From contig OZ024744.1 of the NCBI GenBank assembly GCA_964016885.1, forward strand, positions 40,486,001 to 40,550,000: DNA of 64,000 nt, written 5' to 3'. The notes below the pieces were generated by a model, which saw nothing but the letters and a program-made list of their open reading frames with translations, had not been told where the DNA came from and searched no databases. This DNA comes from Eledone cirrhosa (Eukaryota). A program made the translations under genes and the position numbers. Shown piece after piece: positions 1-14,100 of this stretch. Position 1 is the stretch's first letter. The number at the start of each line of letters is the position of its first letter.

Positions 1-75
1 ACAAAGTCTAGCTTGACTCAAGGTAATGGTAGATCCATCAACCCAGCTTTATTACAAAGCCTAGCTTGACCCAAG

Positions 76-3000
76 GTAATGGTAGTTTCCATCAACCCAG
101 CTTTATTTACAAAGCCTAGCTTGACACAAGGTAAGGGTAGTTTCCATCAACCCAGCTTTATTTACAATGCCTAGCTTGACCGAAGGTAATGTTAGTTTCC
201 ATCTAACCAGCTGTATTTACAAAGTCTAGCTTGACTCAAGGTAATGGTAGTTTCCATCAACCCAGCTTTATTTACAAAGCCTACCTTGACCCAAGATAAT
301 GGTAGTTTCCATCAATGCAGCTTTACTTACAAAGCCTAGCTTGACTCAAGATAATGGCAGTTTCCATCAACCCAGCTTTATTTACAAAGCATAGCTTGAC
401 CCAAGGTAATGGTAGTTTCCATCAACCCAGCTTTATTTACAAAGCCTAGCTTGACCGAAGGTAATGGTAGTTTCCATCAACCCAGCTTTATTTACAAAGC
501 CTAGCTTGACCGAAGGTAATGGTAGTTTCCATCAACCCAGCTTTATTTACAAAGCCTAGCTTGACTCAACGTAATGGTAGTTTCCATCAACCCAGCTTTA
601 TTTACAAAGCCTAGCTTGACTCAAGGTAATGGTAGTTTCCATCAACCCAGCTTTATTTATAATACCTAGCTTGACTCAAGGTAATGGTAGTTTCCATCAA
701 CCCAACTTTATTTACAAAGCCTAGCTTGACTCAAGGTAATGGTAGATTCCATCAACCCAGCTTTATTTACAAAGTCTAGCTTGACTCAAGGTAATGGTAG
801 TTTCGATCAACCCAGCTTTATTTACAAAGCCTAGCTTGACTCAAGGTAATGGTAGTTTCCATCAACCCAGCTTTATTTACAAAGCCTAGCTTGACTCAAA
901 GTAATGGTAGTTTCCATCAACCCAGCTTTATTTACAAAGCCTAGCTTGACCCAAGATAATGGTAGTTTCCATCAATGCAGCTTTATTTACAAAGCCTAGC
1001 ATGACTCAATGTAATTGTAGTTTCCATCAACCCAGCTTTATTTACAAAGCCTAGCTTGACTCAAGATAATGGTAGATTCCATCAACCCAGCTTTATTTAC
1101 AAAGCATAGCTTGACCCAAGGTAATGGTAGTTTCCATCAACCCAGCTTTATTTAAAAAGCCTAGCTTGACTCAAGGTAATGGTATTTACATCAACCCAGC
1201 TTTATTTACAAAGCCTAGCTTGACTAAAGGTAATGGTAGATTCCATCAACCCAGCTTTATTTACAAAGCCTAGCTTGACTCAAGGTAATGGTTGTTTCCA
1301 TCAACCCAGCTTTATTTATAATACCAAGCTTGACTCAAGGTAATGGTAGTTTCCATCAACCCAACTTTATTTAGAAAGCCTAGCTTGACTCAAGGTAATG
1401 GTAGATTCCATCATCCCAGCTTTATTTACAAAGCCTAGCTTGACTCAAGGTAATGGTAGTTTCCATCAACCCAACTTTATTTACAAAGACTAGCTTGACT
1501 CAAGGTAATGGTAGATTCCATCAACCCAACTTTATTACAAAGCCTAGCTTGACCCAAGGTAATGGTAGTTTCCATAAACCCAGCTTTATTTACAAAGCCT
1601 AGCTTGACTCAAGGTAATGGTAGTTTCAATCAACCCAGCTTTATTGACAAAGCCTAACTTGACTCAAGGTAATGGTAGTTTCCATCAACTAAGCATTATT
1701 TACCATGCCTAGCTTGACTCAAGGTAATGGTAGATTCCATCAACCCAGCTTTATTACAAAGCCTAGCTTGACCCAAGGTAATGGTAGTTTCCATCAACCC
1801 AGCTTTATTTACAAAGCCTAGCTTGACACAAGGTAAGGGTAGTTTCCATCAACCCGGCTTTATTTACAATGCCTAGCTTGACCGAAGGTAATGTTAGTTT
1901 CCATCTAACCAGCTGTATTTACAAAGTCTAGCTTGACTCAAGGTAATGGTAGTTTCCATCAACCCAGCTTTATTTACAAAGCCTATCTTGACGCAAGGTA
2001 ATGGTAGTTTCCATCAACCCAGCTTTATTTACAAAGCCTAGCTTGACTCAAAGTAATGGTAGTTTCCATCAACCCAGCTTTATTTACAAAGCCTAGCTTG
2101 ACCCAAGATAATGGTAGTTTCCATCAATGCAGCTTTATTTACAAAGCCTAGCATGACTCAATGTAATTGTAGTTTCCATCAACCCAGCTTTATTTACAAA
2201 GCCTAGCTTGACTCAAGATAATGGTAGATTCCATCAACCCAGCTTTATTTACAAAGCATAGCTTGACCCAAGGTAATGGTAGTTTCCATCAACCCAGCTT
2301 TATTTAAAAAGCCTAGCTTGACTCAAGGTAATGGTATTTACATCAACCCAGCTTTATTTACAAAGCCTAGCTTGACTCAAGGTAATGGTAGATTCCATCA
2401 ACCCAGTTTTATTTACAAAGCCTAGCTTGACTCAAGGTAATGGTAGTTTCCATCAACCCAATTTTATCTACAAAGCCTAGCCTGACTCAAGGTAATGGTA
2501 GATTCCATCAACCCAGCTTTATTACAAAGCCTAGCTTGACTCAAGGTAATGGTAGTTTCCATCAACCCAGCTTTATTTACAAAGCCTAGCTTGACACAAG
2601 GTAATGGTAGTTTCCATCAACCCAGCTTTATTTACAATGCCTAGCTTGACCGAAGGTAATGGTAGTTTCCATCTAACCAGCTGTATTTACAAAGTCTAGC
2701 TTGACTCAAGGTAATGGTAGTTTCCATCAACCCAGCTTTATTTACAAAGCCTAGCTTGACTCAAGGTAATGGTAGTTTCCATCAACCCAGCTTTATTTAC
2801 AAAGCCTACCTTGACCCAAGATAATGGTAGTTTCCATCAATGCAGCTTTACTTACAAAGCCTAGCTTGACTCAAGATAATGGCAGTTTCCATCAACCCAG
2901 CTTTATTTACAAAGCATAGCTTGACCCAAGGTAATGGTAGTTTCCATCAACCCAGCTTTATTTAAAAAGCCTAGCTTGACTCAAGGTAATGGTATTTACA

Positions 3001-6000
3001 TCAACCCAGCTTTATTTACAAAGCCTAGCTTGATCCAAGGTAATGGTAGTTTCCATCAACCCAGCTTTATTTACAAAGCCTTACTTGACTCAAGGTAATG
3101 GTAGTTTCTATCAACCCAGCTTTATTTACAGAGCCTAGCTTGACTCAAGGTAATGGTAGTTTCCATCAACCCAGCTTTATTTACAAAGCCTAGCTTGACT
3201 CAAGGTAATGGTAGTATCCATCAACCCTTCTTTATTTACAAAGCTTAGCTTGATCCAAGGTAATGGTAGTTACCATCAACCGTGCTTTATTTACAAAGCC
3301 TATCTTGACTCAAGGTAATGGTAGTTTACATCAACCCAGCTTTATTTACGATGCCTAGCTTGACTCAAGGTAATGGTAGTTTCCATTAACCCAGCTTTAT
3401 TTACAAAGCCTAGCTTGACCCAAGGTAATGGTAGTTTCCATCAACCCAGCTTTATTTACAAAGCCTAGCTTGACTCAAGGTAATGGTAGTTTCCATCAAC
3501 CCAACTTTATTTACAAAGTCTAGCTTGACTCAAGGTAATGGTAGATTCCATCAACCCAACTTTATTACAAAGCCTAGCTTGACCCAAGGTAATGGTAGTT
3601 TCCATAAACCCAGCTTTATTTACAAAGCCTAGCTTGACTCAAGGTAATGGTAGTTTCAATCAACCCAGCTTTATTGACAAAGCCTAACTTGACTCAAGGT
3701 AATGGTAGTTTCCATCAACTAAGCATTATTTACCATGCCTAGCTTGACTCAAGGTAATGGTAGATTCCATCAACTCAACTTTATTTACAAAGCCTAGCTT
3801 GACTCAAGGTAATGGTAGATTCCATCAACCCAACTTTATTTACAAAGCCTAGCTTGACTCAAGGTAATGGTAGATTCCATCAACCCAGCTTTATAAAAAA
3901 CCTAGCTTGACTCAAGGTAATGGTAGTTTCCATCAACCCAGCTTTATTTACAAAGCCTAGCTTGACTCAAGGTAATGGTAGTTTCCATCAACCCAGCTTT
4001 ATTTACAAAGCCTAGCTTGACCCAAGATAATGGTAGTTTCCATCAATGCAGCTTTATTTACAAAGCCTATCTTGACTCAATGTAATGGTAGTTTCCATCA
4101 ACCCAGCTTTATTTACAAAGCCTAGCTTGACACAAGGTAAGGGTAGTTTCCATCAACCCAGCTTTATTTACAATGCCTAGCTTGACCGAAGGTAATGTTA
4201 GTTTCCATCTAACCAGCTGTATTTACAAAGTCTAGCTTGACTCAAGGTAATGGTAGTTTCCATCAACCCAGCTTTATTTACAAAGCCTACCTTGACCCAA
4301 GATAATGGTAGTTTCCATCAATGCAGCTTTACTTACAAAGCCTAGCTTGACTCAAGATAATGGCAGTTTCCATCAACCCAGCTTTATTTACAAAGCATAG
4401 CTTGACCCAAGGTAATGGTAGTTTCCATCAACCCAGCTTTATTTACAAAGCCTAGCTTGACCGAAGGTAATGGTAGTTTCCATCAACCCAGCTTTATTTA
4501 CAAAGCCTAGCTTGACCGAAGGTAATGGTAGTTTCCATCAACCCAGCTTTATTTACAAAGCCTAGCTTGACTCAACGTAATGGTAGTTTCCATCAACCCA
4601 GCTTTATTTACAAAGCCTAGCTTGACTCAAGGTAATGGTAGTTTCCATCAACCCAGCTTTATTTATAATACCTAGCTTGACTCAAGGTAATGGTAGTTTC
4701 CATCAACCCAACTTTATTTACAAAGCCTAGCTTGACTCAAGGTAATGGTAGATTCCATCAACCCAGCTTTATTTACAAAGTCTAGCTTGACTCAAGGTAA
4801 TGGTAGTTTCGATCAACCCAGCTTTATTTACAAAGCCTAGCTTGACTCAAGGTAATGGTAGTTTCCATCAACCCAGCTTTATTTACAAAGCCTAGCTTGA
4901 CTCAAAGTAATGGTAGTTTCCATCAACCCAGCTTTATTTACAAAGCCTAGCTTGACCCAAGATAATGGTAGTTTCCATCAATGCAGCTTTATTTACAAAG
5001 CCTAGCATGACTCAATGTAATTGTAGTTTCCATCAACCCAGCTTTATTTACAAAGCCTAGCTTGACTCAAGATAATGGTAGATTCCATCAACCCAGCTTT
5101 ATTTACAAAGCATAGCTTGACCCAAGGTAATGGTAGTTTCCATCAACCCAGCTTTATTTAAAAAGCCTAGCTTGACTCAAGGTAATGGTATTTACATCAA
5201 CCCAGCTTTATTTACAAAGCCTAGCTTGACTAAAGGTAATGGTAGATTCCATCAACCCAGCTTTATTTACAAAGCCTAGCTTGACTCAAGGTAATGGTTG
5301 TTTCCATCAACCCAGCTTTATTTATAATACCAAGCTTGACTCAAGGTAATGGTAGTTTCCATCAACCCAACTTTATTTAGAAAGCCTAGCTTGACTCAAG
5401 GTAATGGTAGATTCCATCATCCCAGCTTTATTTACAAAGCCTAGCTTGACTCAAGGTAATGGTAGTTTCCATCAACCCAACTTTATTTACAAAGACTAGC
5501 TTGACTCAAGGTAATGGTAGATTCCATCAACCCAACTTTATTACAAAGCCTAGCTTGACCCAAGGTAATGGTAGTTTCCATAAACCCAGCTTTATTTACA
5601 AAGCCTAGCTTGACTCAAGGTAATGGTAGTTTCAATCAACCCAGCTTTATTGACAAAGCCTAACTTGACTCAAGGTAATGGTAGTTTCCATCAACTAAGC
5701 ATTATTTACCATGCCTAGCTTGACTCAAGGTAATGGTAGATTCCATCAACCCAGCTTTATTACAAAGCCTAGCTTGACCCAAGGTAATGGTAGTTTCCAT
5801 CAACCCAGCTTTATTTACAAAGCCTAGCTTGACACAAGGTAAGGGTAGTTTCCATCAACCCGGCTTTATTTACAATGCCTAGCTTGACCGAAGGTAATGT
5901 TAGTTTCCATCTAACCAGCTGTATTTACAAAGTCTAGCTTGACTCAAGGTAATGGTAGTTTCCATCAACCCAGCTTTATTTACAAAGCCTATCTTGACGC

Positions 6001-8137
6001 AAGGTAATGGTAGTTTCCATCAACCCAGCTTTATTTACAAAGCCTAGCTTGACTCAAAGTAATGGTAGTTTCCATCAACCCAGCTTTATTTACAAAGCCT
6101 AGCTTGACCCAAGATAATGGTAGTTTCCATCAATGCAGCTTTATTTACAAAGCCTAGCATGACTCAATGTAATTGTAGTTTCCATCAACCCAGCTTTATT
6201 TACAAAGCCTAGCTTGACTCAAGATAATGGTAGATTCCATCAACCCAGCTTTATTTACAAAGCATAGCTTGACCCAAGGTAATGGTAGTTTCCATCAACC
6301 CAGCTTTATTTAAAAAGCCTAGCTTGACTCAAGGTAATGGTATTTACATCAACCCAGCTTTATTTACAAAGCCTAGCTTGACTCAAGGTAATGGTAGATT
6401 CCATCAACCCAGTTTTATTTACAAAGCCTAGCTTGACTCAAGGTAATGGTAGTTTCCATCAACCCAATTTTATCTACAAAGCCTAGCCTGACTCAAGGTA
6501 ATGGTAGATTCCATCAACCCAGCTTTATTACAAAGCCTAGCTTGACTCAAGGTAATGGTAGTTTCCATCAACCCAGCTTTATTTACAAAGCCTAGCTTGA
6601 CACAAGGTAATGGTAGTTTCCATCAACCCAGCTTTATTTACAATGCCTAGCTTGACCGAAGGTAATGGTAGTTTCCATCTAACCAGCTGTATTTACAAAG
6701 TCTAGCTTGACTCAAGGTAATGGTAGTTTCCATCAACCCAGCTTTATTTACAAAGCCTAGCTTGACTCAAGGTAATGGTAGTTTCCATCAACCCAGCTTT
6801 ATTTACAAAGCCTACCTTGACCCAAGATAATGGTAGTTTCCATCAATGCAGCTTTACTTACAAAGCCTAGCTTGACTCAAGATAATGGCAGTTTCCATCA
6901 ACCCAGCTTTATTTACAAAGCATAGCTTGACCCAAGGTAATGGTAGTTTCCATCAACCCAGCTTTATTTAAAAAGCCTAGCTTGACTCAAGGTAATGGTA
7001 TTTACATCAACCCAGCTTTATTTACAAAGCCTAGCTTGATCCAAGGTAATGGTAGTTTCCATCAACCCAGCTTTATTTACAAAGCCTTACTTGACTCAAG
7101 GTAATGGTAGTTTCTATCAACCCAGCTTTATTTACAGAGCCTAGCTTGACTCAAGGTAATGGTAGTTTCCATCAACCCAGCTTTATTTACAAAGCCTAGC
7201 TTGACTCAAGGTAATGGTAGTATCCATCAACCCTTCTTTATTTACAAAGCTTAGCTTGATCCAAGGTAATGGTAGTTACCATCAACCGTGCTTTATTTAC
7301 AAAGCCTATCTTGACTCAAGGTAATGGTAGTTTACATCAACCCAGCTTTATTTACGATGCCTAGCTTGACTCAAGGTAATGGTAGTTTCCATTAACCCAG
7401 CTTTATTTACAAAGCCTAGCTTGACCCAAGGTAATGGTAGTTTCCATCAACCCAGCTTTATTTACAAAGCCTAGCTTGACTCAAGGTAATGGTAGTTTCC
7501 ATCAACCCAACTTTATTTACAAAGTCTAGCTTGACTCAAGGTAATGGTAGATTCCATCAACCCAACTTTATTACAAAGCCTAGCTTGACCCAAGGTAATG
7601 GTAGTTTCCATAAACCCAGCTTTATTTACAAAGCCTAGCTTGACTCAAGGTAATGGTAGTTTCAATCAACCCAGCTTTATTGACAAAGCCTAACTTGACT
7701 CAAGGTAATGGTAGTTTCCATCAACTAAGCATTATTTACCATGCCTAGCTTGACTCAAGGTAATGGTAGATTCCATCAACTCAACTTTATTTACAAAGCC
7801 TAGCTTGACTCAAGGTAATGGTAGATTCCATCAACCCAACTTTATTTACAAAGCCTAGCTTGACTCAAGGTAATGGTAGATTCCATCAACCCAGCTTTAT
7901 AAAAAACCTAGCTTGACTCAAGGTAATGGTAGTTTCCATCAACCCAGCTTTATTTACAAAGCCTAGCTTGACTCAAGGTAATGGTAGTTTCCATCAACCC
8001 AGCTTTATTTACAAAGCCTAGCTTGACCCAAGATAATGGTAGTTTCCATCAATGCAGCTTTATTTACAAAGCCTATCTTGACTCAATGTAATGGTAGTTT
8101 CCATCAACCCAGCTTTATTTACAAAGCCTAGCTTGAC
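76..8137. repeat. Higher-order tandem duplication, period 4006 bp (~73 monomers), 2 copies
   Basis: Rare markers at a constant 4006 offset: GACACAAGGTAAGGG (125/4131), TTCGATC (G at 805/4811), TTTATAAAAAACC (3895/7901). Confidence 0.93.
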
Positions 8138-11100
8138 TCAAGGTAATGGTAGTTTCCATCAACCCAGCTTTATTTACAAAGCCTAGCTTGACCCAAGATA
8201 ATGGTAGTTTCCATCAATGCAGCTTTATTTACAAAGCTATCTTGACTCAATGAAATTGTAGTTTCCATCAACCCAGCTTTAGTTACAAAGCCTTACTTGA
8301 CTCAAGATAATGGTAGATTCCATCACCCCAGCTTTATTTACAAAGCATAGCTTGACTCAAGGTAATGGTAGATTCCATCAACCCAGCTTTATTTACAAAG
8401 CCTAGCTTGACTCAAGGTAATGGTAGTTTCCATCAACCCAACTTTATTTACAAAGACTAGCTTGACTCAAGGTAATGGTAGATTCTATCAACCCAGCTTT
8501 ATTACAAAGCCTAGCTTGACCCAAGGTAATGGTAGTTTCCATCAACCCAGTTTTATTTACAAAGCCTAGCTTGACACAAGGTAGGGGTAGTTTCCATCAA
8601 CCCAGCTTTATTTACAATGCCTAGCTTGACCGAAGGTAATGTTAGTTTCCATCTAACCAGCTGTATATACAAAGTCTAGCTTGACTCAAGGTAATGGTAG
8701 TTTCCATCAACCCAGCTTTATTTACAAAGCCTAGCTTGACTCAAAGTAATGGTAGTTTCCATCAACCCAGCTTTATTTACAAAGCCTAGCTTGACCCAAG
8801 ATAATGGTAGTTTCCATCAATGCAGCTTTATTTACAAAGCCTAGCATGACTCAATGTAATTGTAGTTTCCATCAACCCAGCTTTATTTACAAAGCCTAGC
8901 TTGACTCAAGAGAATGGTAGATTCCATCAACCCAGCTTTATTTACAAAGCATAGCTTGACCCAAGGTAATGGTAGTTTCCATCAACCCAGCTTTATTTAA
9001 AAAGCCTAGCTTGACTCAAGGTAATGGTATTTACATCAACCCAGCTTTATTTACAAAGCCTAGCTTGACTCAAGGTAATGGTAGATTCCATCAACCCAGC
9101 TTTATTTACAAAGCCTAGCTTGACTCAAGGTAATGGTAGTTTCCATCAACCCAACTTTATCTACAAAGCCTAGCTTGACTCAAGGTAATGGTAGATTCCA
9201 TCAACCCAGCTTTATTACAAAGCCTAGCTTGACTCAAGGTAATGGTAGTTTCCATCAACCCAGCTTTATTTACAAAGCCTAGCTTGACATAAGGTAATGG
9301 TAGTTTCCATCAACCCAGCTTTATTTACAAAGCCTAGCTTGACACAAGGTAATGGTAGTTTCCATCAACCCAGCTTTATTTACAATGCCTAGCTTGACCG
9401 AAGGTAATGGTAGTTTCCATCTAACCAGCTGTATTTACAAAGTCTAGCTTGACTCAAGGTAATGGTAGTTTCCATCAACCCAGCTTTATTTACAAAGCCT
9501 AGCTTGACTCAAGGTAATGGTAGTTTCCATCAACCCAGCTTTATTTACAAAGCCTACCTTGACCCAAGATAATGGTAGTTTCCATCAATGCAGCTTTACT
9601 TACAAAGCCTAGCTTGACTCAAGATAATGGTAGTTTCCATCAACCCAGCTTTATTTACAAAGCATAGCTTGACCCGAGGTCATGGTAGTTTCCATCAACC
9701 CAGCTTTATTTAAAAAGCCTAGCTTGACCCAAGGTAATGGTATTTACATCAACCCAGCTTTATTTACAAAGCCTAGCTTGATCCAAGGTAATGGTAGTTT
9801 CCATCAACCCAGCTTTATTTACAAAGCCTTACTTGACTCAAGGTAATGGTAGTTTCTATCAACCCAGCTTTATTTACAGAGCCTAGCTTGACTCAAGGTA
9901 ATGGTAGTTTCCATCAACCCAGCTTTATTTACAAAGCCTAGCTTGACTCAAGGTAATGGTAGTTTCCATCAACCCTGCTTTATATACAAAGCTTAGCTTG
10001 ATCCAAGGTAATGGTAGTTACCATCAACCGTGCTTTATTTACAAAGCCTATCTTGACTCAAGGTAATGGTAGTTTACATCAACCCAGCTTTATTTACGAT
10101 GCCTAGCTTGACTCAAGGTAATGGTAGTTTCCATTAACTCAGCTTTATTTACAAAGCCTAGCTTGACCCAAGGTAATGGTAGTTTCCATCAACCCAGCTT
10201 TATTTACAAAGCCTAGCTTGACTCAAGGTAATGGTAGTTTCCATCAACCCAGCTTTATTTACAAAGCCTAGCTTGACTCAAGGTAATGGTTGTTTCCATC
10301 AACCCAGCTTTATTTATAATACCTAGCTTGACTCAAGGTAATGGTAGTTTCCATCAACCCAACTTTATTTAGAAAGCCTAACTTGACTCAAGGTAATGGT
10401 AGATTCCATCATCCCTGCTTTATTTACAAAGCCTAGCTTGACTCAAGGTAATGGTAGTTTCCATCAACCCAACTTTATTTACAAAGTCTAGCTTGACTCA
10501 AGGTAATAGTAGATTCCATCAACCCAACTTTATTTACAAAGCCTAGCTTGACTCAAGGTAATGGTAGTTTCCATCAACCCAGCTTTATTTACAAAGCCTA
10601 GCTTGACTCAAGGTAATGGTAGTTTCCATCAACCCAGCTTTATTTACAAAGCCTAGCTTGACTCAAGGTAATGGTAGTTTCCATCAACCCAGCTTTATTT
10701 ACAAAGCCTAACTTTACTCAAGGTAATGGTAGTTTCCATCAACTAAGCATTATTTACCATGCCTAGCTTGACTCAAGGTAATGGTAGATTCCATCAACCC
10801 AGCTTTATTTACAAAGCCTAGCTTGACTCAAGGTAATGGTAGATTCCATCAACCCAGCTTTATTACAAAGCCTAGCTTGACTCAAGGTAATGGTAGTTTC
10901 CATCAACCCAGCTTTATTTACAAAGCCTAGCTTGACCCAAGGTAATGGTAGTTTCCATCAACCCAGCTATATTTACAAAGCCTAGCTTGACACAAGGTAA
11001 TGGTAGTTTCCATCAACCCAGCTTTATTTACAAAGCCTAGCTTGACTCAAGGTAATGGTAGTTTCCATCAACCCAGCTTTATTTACAAAGCCTAGCTTGA

Positions 11101-14100
11101 CCCAAGATAATGGTAGTTTCCATCAATGCAGCTTTATTTACAAAGCCTATCTTGACTCAATGTAATGGTAGTTTCCATCAACCCAGCTTTAGTTACAAAG
11201 CCTTACTTGACTCAAGATAATGGTAGATTCCATCACGCCAGCTTTATTTACAAAGCATAGCTTGACTCAAGGTAATGGTAGATTCCATCAACCCAGCTCT
11301 ATTTACAAAGCCTAGCTTGACTCAAGGTAATGGTAATTTCCATCAACCCAACTTTATTTAGAAAGCCAAGCTTGACTCAAGGTAATGGTAGATCCATCAA
11401 CCCAGCTTTATTACAAAGCCTAGCTTGACCCAAGGTAATGGTAGTTTCCATCAACCCAGCTTTATTTACAAAGCCTAGCTTGACACAAGGTAAGGGTAGT
11501 TTCCATCAACCCAGCTTTATTTACAATGCCTAGCTTGACCGAAGGTAATGTTAGTTTCCATCTAACCAGCTGTATTTACAAAGTCTAGCTTGACTCAAGG
11601 TAATGGTAGTTTCCATCAACCCAGCTTTATTTACAAAGCCTACCTTGACCCAAGATAATGGTAGTTTCCATCAATGCAGCTTTACTTACAAAGCCTAGCT
11701 TGACTCAAGATAATGGCAGTTTCCATCAACCCAGCTTTATTTACAAAGCATAGCTTGACCCAAGGTAATGGTAGTTTCCATCAACCCAGCTTTATTTACA
11801 AAGCCTAGCTTGACCGAAGGTAATGGTAGTTTCCATCAACCCAGCTTTATTTACAAAGCCTAGCTTGACCGAAGGTAATGGTAGTTTCCATCAACCCAGC
11901 TTTATTTACAAAGCCTAGCTTGACTCAACGTAATGGTAGTTTCCATCAACCCAGCTTTATTTACAAAGCCTAGCTTGACTCAAGGTAATGGTAGTTTCCA
12001 TCAACCCAGCTTTATTTATAATACCTAGCTTGACTCAAGGTAATGGTAGTTTCCATCAACCCAACTTTATTTACAAAGCCTAGCTTGACTCAAGGTAATG
12101 GTAGATTCCATCAACCCAGCTTTATTTACAAAGTCTAGCTTGACTCAAGGTAATGGTAGTTTCGATCAACCCAGCTTTATTTACAAAGCCTAGCTTGACT
12201 CAAGGTAATGGTAGTTTCCATCAACCCAGCTTTATTTACAAAGCCTAGCTTGACTCAAAGTAATGGTAGTTTCCATCAACCCAGCTTTATTTACAAAGCC
12301 TAGCTTGACTCAAGATAATGGTAGTTTCCATCAATGCAGCTTTATTTACAAAGCCTAGCATGACTCAATGTAATTGTAGTTTCCATCAACCCAGCTTTAT
12401 TTACAAAGCCTAGCTTGACTCAAGATAATGGTAGATTCCATCAACCCAGCTTTATTTACAAAGCATAGCTTGACCCAAGGTAATGGTAGTTTCCATCAAC
12501 CCAGCTTTATTTAAAAAGCCTAGCTTGACTCAAGGTAATGGTATTTACATCAACCCAGCTTTATTTACAAAGCCTAGCTTGACTAAAGGTAATGGTAGAT
12601 TCCATCAACCCAGCTTTATTTACAAAGCCTAGCTTGACTCAAGGTAATGGTTGTTTCCATCAACCCAGCTTTATTTATAATACCAAGCTTGACTCAAGGT
12701 AATGGTAGTTTCCATCAACCCAACTTTATTTAGAAAGCCTAGCTTGACTCAAGGTAATGGTAGATTCCATCATCCCAGCTTTATTTACAAAGCCTAGCTT
12801 GACTCAAGGTAATGGTAGTTTCCATCAACCCAACTTTATTTACAAAGACTAGCTTGACTCAAGGTAATGGTAGATTCCATCAACCCAACTTTATTACAAA
12901 GCCTAGCTTGACCCAAGGTAATGGTAGTTTCCATAAACCCAGCTTTATTTACAAAGCCTAGCTTGACTCAAGGTAATGGTAGTTTCAATCAACCCAGCTT
13001 TATTGACAAAGCCTAACTTGACTCAAGGTAATGGTAGTTTCCATCAACTAAGCATTATTTACCATGCCTAGCTTGACTCAAGGTAATGGTAGATTCCATC
13101 AACCCAGCTTTATTACAAAGCCTAGCTTGACCCAAGGTAATGGTAGTTTCCATCAACCCAGCTTTATTTACAAAGCCTAGCTTGACACAAGGTAAGGGTA
13201 GTTTCCATCAACCCGGCTTTATTTACAATGCCTAGCTTGACCGAAGGTAATGTTAGTTTCCATCTAACCAGCTGTATTTACAAAGTCTAGCTTGACTCAA
13301 GGTAATGGTAGTTTCCATCAACCCAGCTTTATTTACAAAGCCTATCTTGACGCAAGGTAATGGTAGTTTCCATCAACCCAGCTTTATTTACAAAGCCTAG
13401 CTTGACTCAAAGTAATGGTAGTTTCCATCAACCCAGCTTTATTTACAAAGCCTAGCTTGACCCAAGATAATGGTAGTTTCCATCAATGCAGCTTTATTTA
13501 CAAAGCCTAGCATGACTCAATGTAATTGTAGTTTCCATCAACCCAGCTTTATTTACAAAGCCTAGCTTGACTCAAGATAATGGTAGATTCCATCAACCCA
13601 GCTTTATTTACAAAGCATAGCTTGACCCAAGGTAATGGTAGTTTCCATCAACCCAGCTTTATTTAAAAAGCCTAGCTTGACTCAAGGTAATGGTATTTAC
13701 ATCAACCCAGCTTTATTTACAAAGCCTAGCTTGACTCAAGGTAATGGTAGATTCCATCAACCCAGTTTTATTTACAAAGCCTAGCTTGACTCAAGGTAAT
13801 GGTAGTTTCCATCAACCCAATTTTATCTACAAAGCCTAGCCTGACTCAAGGTAATGGTAGATTCCATCAACCCAGCTTTATTACAAAGCCTAGCTTGACT
13901 CAAGGTAATGGTAGTTTCCATCAACCCTTCTTTATTTACAAAGCTTAGCTTGATCCAAGGTAATGGTAGTTACCATCAACCGTGCTTTATTTACAAAGCC
14001 TAGCTTGACACAAGGTAATGGTAGTTTCCATCAACCCAGCTTTATTTACAATGCCTAGCTTGACCGAAGGTAATGGTAGTTTCCATCTAACCAGCTGTAT

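Noticed and set aside
824-878. tRNA-, 5S- or snRNA-derived monomer, or tandem ncRNA gene cluster
   Set aside because: I recognised no cloverleaf, Pol III A/B boxes, Sm site or rRNA similarity in the 55-mer.
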